Of a stretch of 64,000 nt of DNA, positions 37,814 through 50,239 are shown piece by piece; positions within the stretch are counted from its first letter, which is position 1; each line of letters begins with the position of its first letter. Under the pieces are notes generated by a model. That model did not search any database. It was given only the letters and a program-made list of their open reading frames with translations, and had not been told where the DNA came from. Made by a program: the position numbers and the translations under genes. The DNA comes from Octopus sinensis (lineage: Eukaryota): contig NC_043001.1 of the NCBI RefSeq assembly GCF_006345805.1, positions 91,760,001 through 91,824,000 on the forward strand, written 5' to 3'.

Positions 37814-38135
37814 TGAAGGTGCGTGGCTTAGTGGTTAGGGAATTCGGCTCATGATCATGAGTTCGATTCCCGACAGCGCGTTGTATCCTTGGGCAAGACA
37901 CTTTATTTCACTTGCTCTAGTCCATTTAGCTGGCAAAAATGAGTAGTACCTACAATTCGAAGGAACAGCCTGTTCACATTCTGTGTCACGCCGAATCTCC
38001 CGGAGAACTACGTTAAGCGCACCTGTGTCGTAGAGTCCTCAGCCACACACACGTTAAGTTCTTGAGCAGGGTGTTCCGTTGATCGGATCAAATGGAACCC
38101 TTGTCTTCGTAGTCTACGGAGTGACAGTTTTTTTT
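37814..38135 (+). mobile_element. SINE group D (tRNA-like head, CORE-like segment)
   Basis: gcgtggcttagtggttagg...gttcgattccc; tccttgggcaagacact CORE-like; inverted relative at 55630. Confidence 0.8.
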
Positions 38136-39194
38136 TTATATACATGTACAGAAAAGTTGTACGTTACTTAATGATTCAGTAACCGGAAATTACATTCACA
38201 TTTTAAAGTCTATTATTGTTGGTGGTGCTCTCGTTGTTATTGCTAATGTCGTTGTGATTATGGCTGACAAATAGTTTATACTACTTTAAGAGACAAAGAC
38301 TCCCCCTCCTCATAAAAATCAAACAGATACATCTATCACTCCCTAACGGTCCCTTTGTTCCCAATATTCATTCTTTTCTACTACGATACTCAAGGGGTTG
38401 TACCACCCTCTTTCAGAAGCACTACATTTGATTAACGTTTTTGAACTTCACTGGCTACAGATCCTCTCTTCGAATAAAATTAAAAAGATGTTCTATGGTC
38501 GATATTTTCGTGCAGGTTCAAATATAAGTCCTGCGCCAAAACGCGTGTGTATGTAAGTATTTGGTTCGTCTGCTTTATCTAATCTATCTGTGCGTTTATC
38601 TGTTTGGTTGAGAGGAGCGGTGTTGGTTGGTGTGCGTGTTAGCAGTTCCACTCTAGATACGTGAATAGTACTCTCATTCGTGACTCATTTGAACAACACA
38701 AAAGGGTTGAAGTATTTCTTGGCACTGAAGAAGTAAGCCAGCCTTTAGCATGCATTTTTATCAAGGTCAACAATATATGGCCTCTAGGAATATAAATACA
38801 TATATATTCATTCGTTGATACTTACATTTACTATAAATGAAAAACTTCACCCTCAACCAACTTATATATAAATGTGTGCGTATATACATACATACTTATA
38901 TTATATATTAATATATATATATATATATTATATATAGTTGAAAACACTCCTGTCACAACCTGGGTCCTTGAAGACTGCTTTAATGCAATAAAGTATACTA
39001 GTCCCTTAATATTTTATATTCAATATTTCATCTATTCAATAAGAGAATCTATACTTCATTTCATTTTACTATGTATATTATTTATACTATATATTCTATA
39101 TTCTACATAAATATTATAAAGAATATAAATAAAACATAAAAAACAGAGTTGGATTTTCTTTGAATAATATATATATATATGTGTGCGTGCGTGC

Positions 39195-39253
<59 letters not shown>

Positions 39254-39399
39254 CGTGTGTGTCTGTCTCTGTGTGTGTGTGTGCATATATATATATATAT
39301 ATAATATATATATATGTATAAGAACTATGTTTAGGCGTTGTTTTATGATATGGTTCGAGGTCAGAATTAATAAAAGGTTGACAGAAGTTGCCTACGATG

Positions 39400-39600
39400 C
39401 ATCTAGATAACCGCTGGATGAAGAATGTTACCTAAAAATAGAAGTGGTGGTATTATCTGCCCAGAAGTGTGAAGAGTTGGAGATAACAGCGAGTTAGTCT
39501 CTAAAGTGCAATAATAAGAATGCGTGTCACAGAGACAACCCCGTCGACACTCGGAGCATTGAGGTCTCTGCAACAGTAAAATTCTCAATCAATGTTATGA
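39400..39600 (-). mobile_element. Possible highly decayed LINE endonuclease remnant
   Basis: RDLNAPSVDG resembles the GDFNxPxIDW motif; single weak motif. Confidence 0.25.
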
Positions 39601-40049
39601 GTTGGTGTGAAGTTCATACAAAAAAATGTTTCAGGTCAAAGAGTTTAAAAGATTTACTGGTGTTAAGGGCAGCAGATTTCCTTTCTTGAAGTTCTCAAGG
39701 GCATAGTGTCATTGTTTGTGAACATCTGGCTGCGTCAGTTCAAGCACAAATATAAGCACACGTACAAAGACACATATACATACACACACCAACACGTCCA
39801 GGAACACAAATACACTTATACTTGTATATACATATATGTAAGTGCATATGTATGCGCGCGCGCGCGTGTGTGTGTGTAGTCGAATAAGAAATAAAACGTC
39901 CTTTGTACAGTATTATGTATTTGAAAAATTGAATAGCTTTTCTGATAATTTTTCCTCTTTAGTAGACAATACTATCAAAATAGCATTCTATCCAGTTGAC
40001 TCTAGAGAGTACATTTCATTCACCTTTGATTTCCTACGGAAACTTTCGA

Positions 40050-40266
40050 TGTGTGTAGCCCCTTGTGGGCAGTAAAGAAATAGGTATTTCGTCTGCCATT
40101 ACATTCTGAGTTCAAATTCCGCCGAGGTCGACTTTGCCTTTCATCGTTTCGGGGTCGATTAAATAAGTACCAGTTACGCACTGGGGTCGATATAGTCGTC
40201 TTAATCCGTTTGTCTATCCTTGTTTGTCCCCTCTATGTTTAGCCCCCTGTGGGCAATAAAGAAATA
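40050..40266 (+). mobile_element. SINE group A: tail piece plus head-less unit
   Basis: Junction aaagaaata|ggtatttcgtctg at 40082/40083. Confidence 0.9.
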
Positions 40267-40307
40267 AATATTTTTGTCTTTGTTCTTCACTGGAGATCAA
40301 ATATGAA

Positions 40308-40334
40308 ATAACAATAATAATAATAATAATAATA

Positions 40335-40397
<63 letters not shown>
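40308..40397. repeat. (AAT)n microsatellite
   Basis: Direct inspection. Confidence 0.97.
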
Positions 40398-40398
<1 letters not shown>

Positions 40399-41090
40399 TG
40401 GCTGGCACTTAAAGCGAAAACGAAAGAGTTTAACGTTAAAAATTTTAACAAGAAAATAAAACAGGTAAAAAAAAAAAAAAGAAACTTGCTTTTCTTGTCT
40501 CAGTTATATTTCTATTTAACATTATGAATAACACGTTTTTTTAAAGTATGTTATTCCTTACTTCACTTATTAACAAAGAAATTCCAATTTAGTGAGAAAT
40601 TTTATTTATTTATTTATTTATTTATTGCATATTTCGTTCGGTATATCATCCTTAAATTGTATTAATTTTCATCCGCATGCACAATTAACCAATAAAAATG
40701 AAGAGAACATGGTGAAATTTCACAGGTTAAGTAACAACACTGAAACAGGGTAAATATAGATTTTCTTGAAGTCTGAAATGATATTTTATTTTTAAATCCA
40801 AGATACATGTAGGCACCTTCTGAGGCATAACAAGGCATAGTGCACCTTGGTACTGTTTGTAAATCACGGTTAAGACTAGTGTTTCTTAAACATTTTCAAT
40901 TATCGTCACTTTGCTTTTACACACGTTTTTAAAAACACTTTTCTGCTACAATTTAACAAAAATTAAATACACCACAAAATATATGTACGGGTATATTGTA
41001 CGGCTGATACAAGGTTACGTGAACTTAAGTAATTTCATCAACATAATGTGGAATGTCAAAATAACATTTAGACCAGTAATATTGGCTTCA

Positions 41091-42165
41091 TGGAGGCGCA
41101 ATGGCCCAGTGGTTAGGGCAGCGGACTCGCAGTCGGAGGATCGCGGTTTCGATTCCCAGACCGGGCGTTGTGTGTGTTTATTGAGTGAAAACACCTAAAG
41201 CACCACGAGGCTCCGGCAGGGGGTGGTGGTGACCCCTGTTGTACTCTTTCTCCCCAACTTTCTCTCACTCTTTCTTCCTGTTTCTTGAGCAACGCTGCGA
41301 TGGACTGGCGTCCTATCTAGCTGGGGGGAACATATACGCCATAGAAACCGGGAAACCGGGTCCATGAGCCTGGCTAGACTTGAAAAGGACGCATAAATAA
41401 AAAATAAAATATTGGTTTAAAATTTTGGTACAAGGCCAGCAACTACGGACGAAAGGTTTAGTCGTGTTTAACTCGGACTTATTTTATCGACCTCGAACGG
41501 ATGAAAGACAAAGTCGGCCTCGGCTGTGTTTGAACTCAGAACATGCAGACGGACAAAATGCCGCTAAGAAATTTGCCTGGCTTACTAACGATTCTTCCAG
41601 TTCGCCACTCTATTTAGACCAATAATATTGGTTTCTAAATAAAGCACAGTGGAGGCACATGGCCTAGTGGCTAGAGCAAAGGACACGCGGTTGAGGGATC
41701 GCGGATTCGAATCTTAGACCGGGCGATGTGTGTGTTTATGAGCGAAACACCTAAACTTCACGCGGCTCCGGTAGAAGGTAATGGCGAACTTCTGCTGACT
41801 CTTTCACCACAACTTTCTCTCACTCTTTCCTCCTGCATCTTGCAGCTCACCTGCGACGGACCGGAGTCCCGTCCAGGTGGGGAACCTATACGCCAAGGAA
41901 ACCGGGAAACCAGCCCTATGAGCCAGTCGTGGCTCGAGAAAGAACAAACAGCAACAACAAATAAAGCACAAGCTAAGAAATGGTTAGTGGATGGTGTTAG
42001 TCGATTACATCTACTTCAGTACTCGACTGATACTTTATTTTAGCGACCCTGAAAAGGGTTGAAGGCGAAGTTGAATTCGGGGGGATATGAAATCAGAAAG
42101 TACAGAGTCGGATGAAATACTGCTCAGCATTTTCTCCGACGCTCTAATGATTCTGCCAGCTTGCA
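41091..42165. mobile_element. SINE cluster: C(+) 41091-41410, A(-) 41415-41605, C variant(+) 41650-41960, A(-) 41985-42165
   Basis: Intra-window similarity to other copies. Confidence 0.85.
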
Positions 42166-42417
42166 GACAGAATATAATTTGAAAATATTTTGAAAATGAG
42201 GGCAATTAACCATTTTATTACCATATTTCTGTTGAAATTCAAAGCCTTTGTTTCAATTAATTTTCAGATTAATGAAAAATTAGTATAATAATTTCATTAG
42301 TAAGCTGGTTTAAAGCGATAAGCAAGCAGAGGTCTTAGCACGCAGAACAGAGTGATTAGCGGCATTTTGTCCGTCTCTATGTTCTGAGCTCAAATGCTGT
42401 CGAAGTCAACTTTACCA

Positions 42418-43098
42418 GGATCTTTACCTTTTGACCTACAGATTTAAAAAATAATTTTTTGTAACTAAACACTTTCAAACTTCGGACACTGGTAGAATGT
42501 GTCATATAAAACATCTTTTACTCTTAGCATTTTTGAGAAAAACTTAAATTTGCGAAGTTATTTCATGTTAGTCGTATTTCGATAATTTCAACCAATCAAT
42601 GACGTGTATTCAGCTGAATAAAAGTACTGCTGTTGTTTGTCAACAAGAACTTCCGGCGGTGTATATTTCGTTTGTCACTGTTATTTATGACAACCCTAAC
42701 TCTAAAACCCTAACCCTACCCCCAAAACCCTAATCCTAACACTCTAACCCTAAAACCCCAACCCTGACCCTAAAACCCTAACCCTAAAACCTTAACGCTA
42801 AAACCAGTACAAACGCACGAACGATATCATAAATAACAGTGACAAACGAAAAAGGCACCGCCGATAGTTGTTGTTGACAAACAACAGCAGTAATTTTATT
42901 CAGCTGAATACACGTCATTGATTGGTTGAAAGTACCGAAATACTACAACTTTAACGTGAAATAACTTCGTAAATTTAAGTTTTTCTCAAGAATGCTAAGA
43001 GTAAAAGATGTTTTATATGACACATTCTACCAGTGACCGAAGATTGAAAGTGTTTAGTTACAAAAAATTATTTTTTAAATCTGTAGGTCAAAAGGTAA
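42418..43098. mobile_element. Foldback element: ~270-bp inverted arms around a (CCCTAA/CCCTAAAA)n telomere-like core
   Basis: Arms 42418-42690 and 42827-43098 are near-reverse complements; left end GGATC; core 42692-42804. Confidence 0.92.
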
Positions 43099-43104
43099 GC
43101 CAGT

Positions 43105-43530
43105 TTAAGGCGACAAGCTGGCAGAAGTGTTAGCACGCAGGACAGAGTGATTAGCGGCATTTCGTCCGCCTTTATGCTCTGAGCTCAAATTCCGTCGAAG
43201 CCGATTTCACCATTCATTCTTTCGGAGTCGATGAACACCAGTTGAGCACTGGGGTCGATGTAATCGACATGCCTCTCGGCCAGAATTGCAGGCATTGTGC
43301 CTATTGCAAAAAAAGATTATTAACCTAGTGTAAAGCAGCGAGCTGGCAAAAGCCGGATAAAATGGTTAGCGGCATTTCGTCAGTCTTTGCATTCTAAGTT
43401 CAAATTCCGTCGAGGTCAACTTTATTGTTCATCCTTTCGAGATCGATAAATAAATACCAGTTGAGCACTGAGATCGATGAATAAACTAGTCTCTTCTCCT
43501 AAAGTTTCAGGCTCTGTGCCAATAACAGAA
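43105..43530 (+). mobile_element. Two diverged SINE A copies
   Basis: Heads at 43105 and ~43335. Confidence 0.8.
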
Positions 43531-44308
43531 AAGCTTATTAATGCGATGTTCGGATCATAACGTGAAATTTTGAAGGAAGCTTTTAATTTGGATCACTTTC
43601 AAACAAGAAATGTATGTCATAGAACCAAAGGAGGCTTCAGTCGGGTTGTTATCAAGAGGGTGCATCTGTTACTACGCTACCGCCCACTTTGTCTAGTCCC
43701 TATATAAAGCTTTCCACACACCCTCAGCGGGATAGCTGTAACCCTCACTTTCAGAAATACTAGCCAAAATATTAGTAACAGAAAATGAAACACTGCGGTT
43801 AAAACAACCCGCGAATAATTGCATCTAATTTAGGCACAGGGTAAGGAATTATGTAGGAAGGGGTTTAGTCGATGCCACTGTCTCCGGTAGTTAAATGATA
43901 CTTTAGTCTATAGACAAGCAAAATTGACCTTGGCGGGATTTGAACTTAGAACTTAAAGAGCCGTAACAAATACCGAAAGACACTTTTCCGACCCTCCATT
44001 GATCCTCCCCTTTCATTTTCAATAATATTATGACATCTAATGTGGTATAAGGACGTTGTTTGTTTGACCCCCATCACCAAATGAACCACTTTCCGGTTGA
44101 GGAGTATGATCAAAAGAAATTCACACATTACCGCGCACTCCCTTTGTGTATCTAATGTTACATTGTTCAACTTGTCCTTCCCTTTTTAAAACAGTTACAT
44201 ACTATATAAGAAAATTTTGATTACTACTTCTAGCAGATAGTATAGCTACATGATGGCTTCTACGTTTGTAGTAAGGGGATTGTAAATATCGTGGCCACTA
44301 ATTCCCAG

Positions 44309-44407
44309 ACAAATGGCAACAAGTGAAGTGCGCGAGACCCAACGGAAGAACTGCACTAGATCAAAGAAACAGTCCTTCCCAAGTTCTCAACAGGTTACTA
44401 CACCCAC
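44309..44407 (+). CDS. Candidate 99-nt symmetric internal exon, product unknown
   Basis: tcccAG acceptor, GTAAGT donor, open frame QMATSEVRETQRKNCTRSKKQSFPSSQQVTTP; no recognised homology. Confidence 0.2.
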
Positions 44408-44518
44408 GTAAGTCTTTAGTTCCGAAATACTAAAAATAAATAAATAAATCATCTATTGGTGTTTATGAAAATCTCTCACGCTGGGTTTTCTATAGAAAGG
44501 GTTGGTCGGTCTCTTCTC

Positions 44519-44605
<87 letters not shown>

Positions 44606-44841
44606 CATATATATATACATACATATATATATATATGTGTGTGTATATATATATATTTATGTATATATATATATATTATATATATATATATATATATATC
44701 TACATATATATATATATATGTGTATGTATATATATACATATATGTATGTATAGATATTATATATATATCTTATATGTATGTATGCATGTGTGTGTATATA
44801 TATGTATATATATATTAATATATGCATATATTTATATATAT

Positions 44842-44908
<67 letters not shown>

Positions 44909-45052
44909 ATATATATACGTATGTATAAATATTATATAATATATAATATATGTATGTATGTATATATGAATGTATATATATGTATATATATTATATATAT
45001 ATATATCTGCATATGTATATATATATCTATATATATGTGTGTGTGTGTGTGT
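44519..45052. repeat. Long degenerate (AT)n tract
   Basis: Direct inspection. Confidence 0.95.
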
Positions 45053-45464
45053 GGTGTACTATTTAAGTAGTTTTAAGACAGTTTAAGTATATATTAACTA
45101 AATTTGACTGAAAATTGATGGGTGAGCGTTTGGCCAATCAGATTCGCAAGGAGCCATGAAAGCATTGATTTGTGAGTTCGATTCAGCCTTAGGTTAGCTC
45201 ATCATTTTTCAATTATTTGTTTATATTTAAAAATTGTCGCTTAAAATCGGAGAATAAATATTATTATGATATATATATATATTATTATATATGAGCCTAC
45301 CATAGTAGCTTTCTCTCCGTAACCCGCAAAGATTTTCGGGTTTGTTTATAAAAGCATTATCTGTATATATATATATATAATATTATATATATATAATATA
45401 TATATATATTTATTTATTTGTGTGTGTATGTATATGTACTTTAATATCTGTATTTGTAGACTCT

Positions 45465-45860
45465 AAGGCGGCGGCCGGACAAACTCCTTGGCTGCATTTC
45501 GTCCGTCTTTATGCTCCGAGTAAAATTTTCTCCGAGGCCGACTTTGCGTTTTCATCCTTTGGGAGCCGATAAAATAAGTACCGGCTGAGCACGAAGGTTG
45601 GCGTAATCGGCTTAGCTCCTTCCTCTAAACTGCTGATCTTGAGCCAAAATTTGAAATCAATCTATCTATCTATCTATCTATCTGTCTGTCTATCTATCTA
45701 TCTACGTATCTATATCTATCTATTTATCTATATATTTATCTATCTATCTATCTGTATATCCATCTCTATCTATCTATCTATCTCTATCTCTCTTTCTCTC
45801 TGTCTGTCTGTCTGTCTTTGCATCTATATGTCTGTCTGTCTGATTGTATGTATGTATGTA
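45465..45860 (+). mobile_element. Diverged SINE A followed by (TCTA)n
   Basis: aaggcggcgg head, gactttgcgttttcatcc core. Confidence 0.75.
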
Positions 45861-47028
45861 TACACACATACACAGAGTATTGCTACAATGTTTAACACCC
45901 ATTGTTTTTCTTGGGTGCAGTGTTTCCCATAACATAGCCTTATACTATCATAAATAATAGTATGCTAACATATACGAAACAATAGTTCGCATTCATGCAT
46001 ACTTCTATATACATCCAATTCATTCATACAAAATTTTGAATAACCATTAGTGGAAAACTTCCTGCAACACCAAGTGCTGAAACGTTCACCTATCATATAA
46101 GGAAAAAGCATGTCGCTACAAGTAAAACTACAAGGGGTTAGACGAAAGGCAGTCGTATGTAGTTAAGTCTTTAATCTTGGCCAGATCATCTACTAAAACC
46201 CTCACAAAAAACTGGGACAAAGTGAAAGCATTTGCGATGACGCCCCTGTTATTATCAACAAAAGGGGATCACAGCTCGAGGATTAAGTTTTCAAAAGAAA
46301 TGGCAGATATGCTTTCTGTATGTGTAAACGATGAATATTTAAAAATAAGGCTTCTACATTTATAACTTATGATAACACGGTGTAACCTCTCATTGTGAGA
46401 GGTTATCTTAAAGTATTCATAGCTTGGAGGGTGCGCCAGCGAGTCTCTGGATTTTTCAGCTGCTTCTTGATCTTTACTAAATTCATTTGTGTTCATAGTA
46501 TTGTTAAAAATAAGTTATCAGGTTCTTAACTTTATGTATGTTATGTTATGAAGGCGATTTACAAGGCTATATCATTTACTGTGATATTTTGTAGGAGCTA
46601 TCTACAGCTGTAATCGAGAAAATATTTATTGTACATAAAACCATACATGCATACATATATATATATGTGTACATGTGCGTCTGTGCGTGGGGGGGGAGCG
46701 CGGTATATGCGTTTGTGAGCACACACAACGCACACATATACTCGCATATATATATGTTTGCATATATGTATGTGTATATAGATATATATATTGTTATGAT
46801 ATCTATGATATATGTATTATATGATATGTATATATGTATATATGTATATATGTATATATGTATATATATATATCATATATATATATAATATAAATATATA
46901 TAGTATATATGTATATCGCAGTATATATAATATATATGTATATATATATATATATGTATGTATATATATATCATTATAGATATTTAAATATATATATATA
47001 TATTTTCTCCTTGTGTGTTTTCTGTATC

Positions 47029-47062
47029 CTTTCTGTAGAGAGCGTAGCTCGAAACGTAAAGA
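47029..47062 (+). ncRNA. Hammerhead-like motif with CUGUAGA core within a ~155-bp repeat (47000-47155)
   Basis: cttt-CTGTAGA-gagc-gta-gctc-GAA-acgt-A-aag; flanks homologous to the 25042 element. Confidence 0.6.
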
Positions 47063-47912
47063 CTTTTTCTATTCCTGAGCCTTATACTAATACATCTGTT
47101 TGTTTTGTACACCACCTCTCTTTGTCTTTTGTTTTATTCATAAACTATCCCTATACACACACACACACACACACATACACTCACACACACACACACACAC
47201 ATACATATATATATCACTTAACTTGTCTCTTCCTCTCTCTCTATTCTTCATTCTCTCTCTCCCTTCACCATTCTTCATGGTCTCCTCGCACCATTCCCCT
47301 TCTTCTCTCTCTCCTCTCTCCTCCCCCATTCCCGTCGTCCATCTGCGACGATACTCCGTCGTAACTGCTATCCTGTCTTTCTCCGCCAGCCTTCTAAGGC
47401 TACTGGTCGACATTTTTATCTCTCGTCGTCCACTATATCCAGCGTTGCAATACTTTTTCGTCTGGCGTTAACAGCCCTTCTTATCTTGTTCTCCTTGTCC
47501 TGTCTCTCACTGTATATATTTATTTTTCCACTGTTATATATATATTTTTTACTGTTTATATGTTTGTATGTCGTTACGTCTTGCTTTTTTTACCCCTCTG
47601 CGAAAAGATCTCAGAATTTTATGATTTGCTTTTCGCAGGAAGGAAGTTTTCTTCGAAGTATACGCCTCGCTTTTATCCTTCGAAACGTTAGTAGATGAAA
47701 CCTTAGCGACTGAAGAAGGGGATTTTTCGTTGTGCTTATTGTTCTGTATTTCTTTTTTTGCTTGTCTTGTTCCTTGGTTGTGTCTATGTTTTTCGTCTCT
47801 CTATGTGTTCGACGTCTTTTTGGTGTCCTGTACACATATATGCGTGTATATGTACATGTAGAGGTAGGTACGTACATATATGTTTATATATATGCATATG
47901 TTCTATTTTATT

Positions 47913-47954
<42 letters not shown>

Positions 47955-48337
47955 CATATATTTATATATATATATATACATACACATGCATTTATGTGCA
48001 TACATGCATATATAAAAAGGAAAGATATGTGTGTATATGTCTATGCGTGTGTGTGTATGCACCTCTGTGTATGTCTGCGTGTGTATGAGTGACTGAGTGA
48101 GTGTGTGTGCGCGCGCACGCGCCTGCGGGCAACTCCTACAGATTGGTACGTAGAAAATGATAGTTCCATTTCACGTCGCGACGGTACAAGGTAAACTAAG
48201 AGAAATGTAGTAAGTCAGTGAAAAGTAACTGATGAGATGAGAGATATCATTGAAGGTAGGAAAAAGATTGGGTGCGGGAATAAGAGATATAGAAATATTA
48301 GTACACACGCACGCACACACCCACACATATGTATATA

Positions 48338-48796
48338 CGAGCAAAACGACCCCCGTCCAATGGACGGTGCTGAGTTGTCAAACATTTAAACCAAATTTTC
48401 TCAAAACAACTTGTCCGACCGTCCCATAGGCCTCCCCTTTGAGAAACACTGATTTAACCTAAATTTGAGACACCAGCAAAAGAAGAAATAAAGATAGACT
48501 TTTTTCTATTCCAAAGAAAAACGATTTTACTCGCACAAAAATGCAACCGAAGAGTTTAAAGTACCAGTAAGTACATCGCAACAGCTGATGTATTTGCGCG
48601 TACAAATGCACGTTCCCACGGCTTTATCGATCACATTCTCACCTGGAATCGATTTTTGTAATTTTTTCAAGACTTATACACGCCCTGATACCGTCGGTAT
48701 TTACATATCGAATTTGAGCGCAATCAGATGGAGGATGCCCGAGATCCTAGAAGACACAAACACACACACACAGAAACATTTTATAGATATAATAAA
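48338..48796 (-). mobile_element. Non-autonomous Helitron-like element, inverted copy of 11876-12338
   Basis: Reverse complement aligns along essentially the whole length. Confidence 0.8.
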
Positions 48797-48829
48797 CATA
48801 AGAGGATGGAGTTAACTATATTGCATTTT

Positions 48830-49385
48830 TATAAGGTGGTAAGCAGGCAACATTGTTTGCACATAGGGCAAAATGCTTAGCGGCATTTCCTCCGTCTCTA
48901 CGTTCCACCGAGGTCAACTTTTCCTTTCATCCTTTCGGGGACAATAAAATAAGTACCAGTTGAACACTTGGGTCGGTGTAATCGACTCACCGCTTACCTT
49001 GAAATCGCTGGCTTTGTGCCAAAATGTGAAATCGATATTACATTGATTTATTATTTTGTTTACAATCGTTTCAACTATTCACATTTTGACCAATCTTGCG
49101 TCACATTCACGCTAGTAATTGATCATTTAGTCATATACTCTGTGCAAATTATTTATGTTAGTGCATACACTCTTTTTACTCTTTTACTTGTTTCAGTCAT
49201 CTGACTGTGGTCATGCTGGAGCACCGCCTTTAGTCGAGCAAATCGACCCCAGGACGTATTCTTTGTAAGCCTAGTATTTATTCTATCAGTCTCATTTGCC
49301 GAACCGCTTGGTTACGGGGACGTAAATACACCAGCATTGGTTGTCAAGCGATGTTGGGGGGGGGGGGCGGGGACAAACACAGACA
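48830..49385. mobile_element. SINE A(+) 48830-49030 and SINE B 3' half(-) 49160-49385
   Basis: Intra-window similarity. Confidence 0.8.
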
Positions 49386-50089
49386 CACAAATACACACAC
49401 ACACACACACACTCCACACACACAAACACACACACTCACATATATATATATATATAAAAGTGATAAGCTGTCACATTGAAACAGGAGTGCAGTGTCTACG
49501 ATTGCTTAGAAAGAAAAAGAAATTTGAAAGAAAGAAAGAAAGAAACAAACAAACAAAAAAATGAACGAATGATAGAAAGAAAGAAGGAAAGAAAGAAAGA
49601 ACGAAGAAAAGAAAGAAAGAAACTTTAAATGAAATACATCTCTATTTCCGGTGAAAGCATTTAGCTATAATGTCGAGCATAGCAAACAACGACAACAACG
49701 GAATCAGCAGCAGCGTAAGTTGAATATGAGAAATAGTATTTGAGTTGTACACAGATGACTCACTGGACTGTATCGGGGGTGGGGGAATAATTACTTTCGA
49801 AAATATTTCACAATGTTTTATCTAACAGTATAATGATAACAACAATAACCACAGCAGCAGCAGCAGCAGCAGCGAGTATTATTTGTAATGATAATAATAG
49901 ACAAGAGCAATGAAGACCACAACAACACTTACCAGTTGATGACGGACTCCCTATGTAGTCGCTTCAATGTGCTGAAAATAACAACTGAATTTTGTCGAAA
50001 TCAGATCTTACCTGTTTGAAGAAAGAGAACATTGTTTTTGCTTTTTGTGGGGTGACACTCCGTGACAATGGAGATAGATAAAAAGAAAT

Positions 50090-50221
<132 letters not shown>

Positions 50222-50239
50222 AAAATTTAAATGATGAAT

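Noticed and set aside
38516-38552. 37-nt AG/GTAAGT-bounded micro-exon candidate
   Set aside because: Too short to distinguish from chance; no homology or partner exon
38960-39005. ttgaaga-ctgc..gca-ataaa-gtatac hammerhead-like string in TA-rich DNA
   Set aside because: No GAAA and no convincing stem I
46177-46496. Two short opposite-strand ORFs, a TRW-like motif and a 10-bp hairpin (46383-46405)
   Set aside because: No recognisable domain; a single weak hAT-like motif is insufficient
47639-47863. Open frame between cgcAG and GTAGGT
   Set aside because: Composition is driven by T-rich low-complexity DNA running into a microsatellite
48225-48260. CTGATGA heptamer
   Set aside because: No correctly placed GAAA, stem III or stem I; expected by chance
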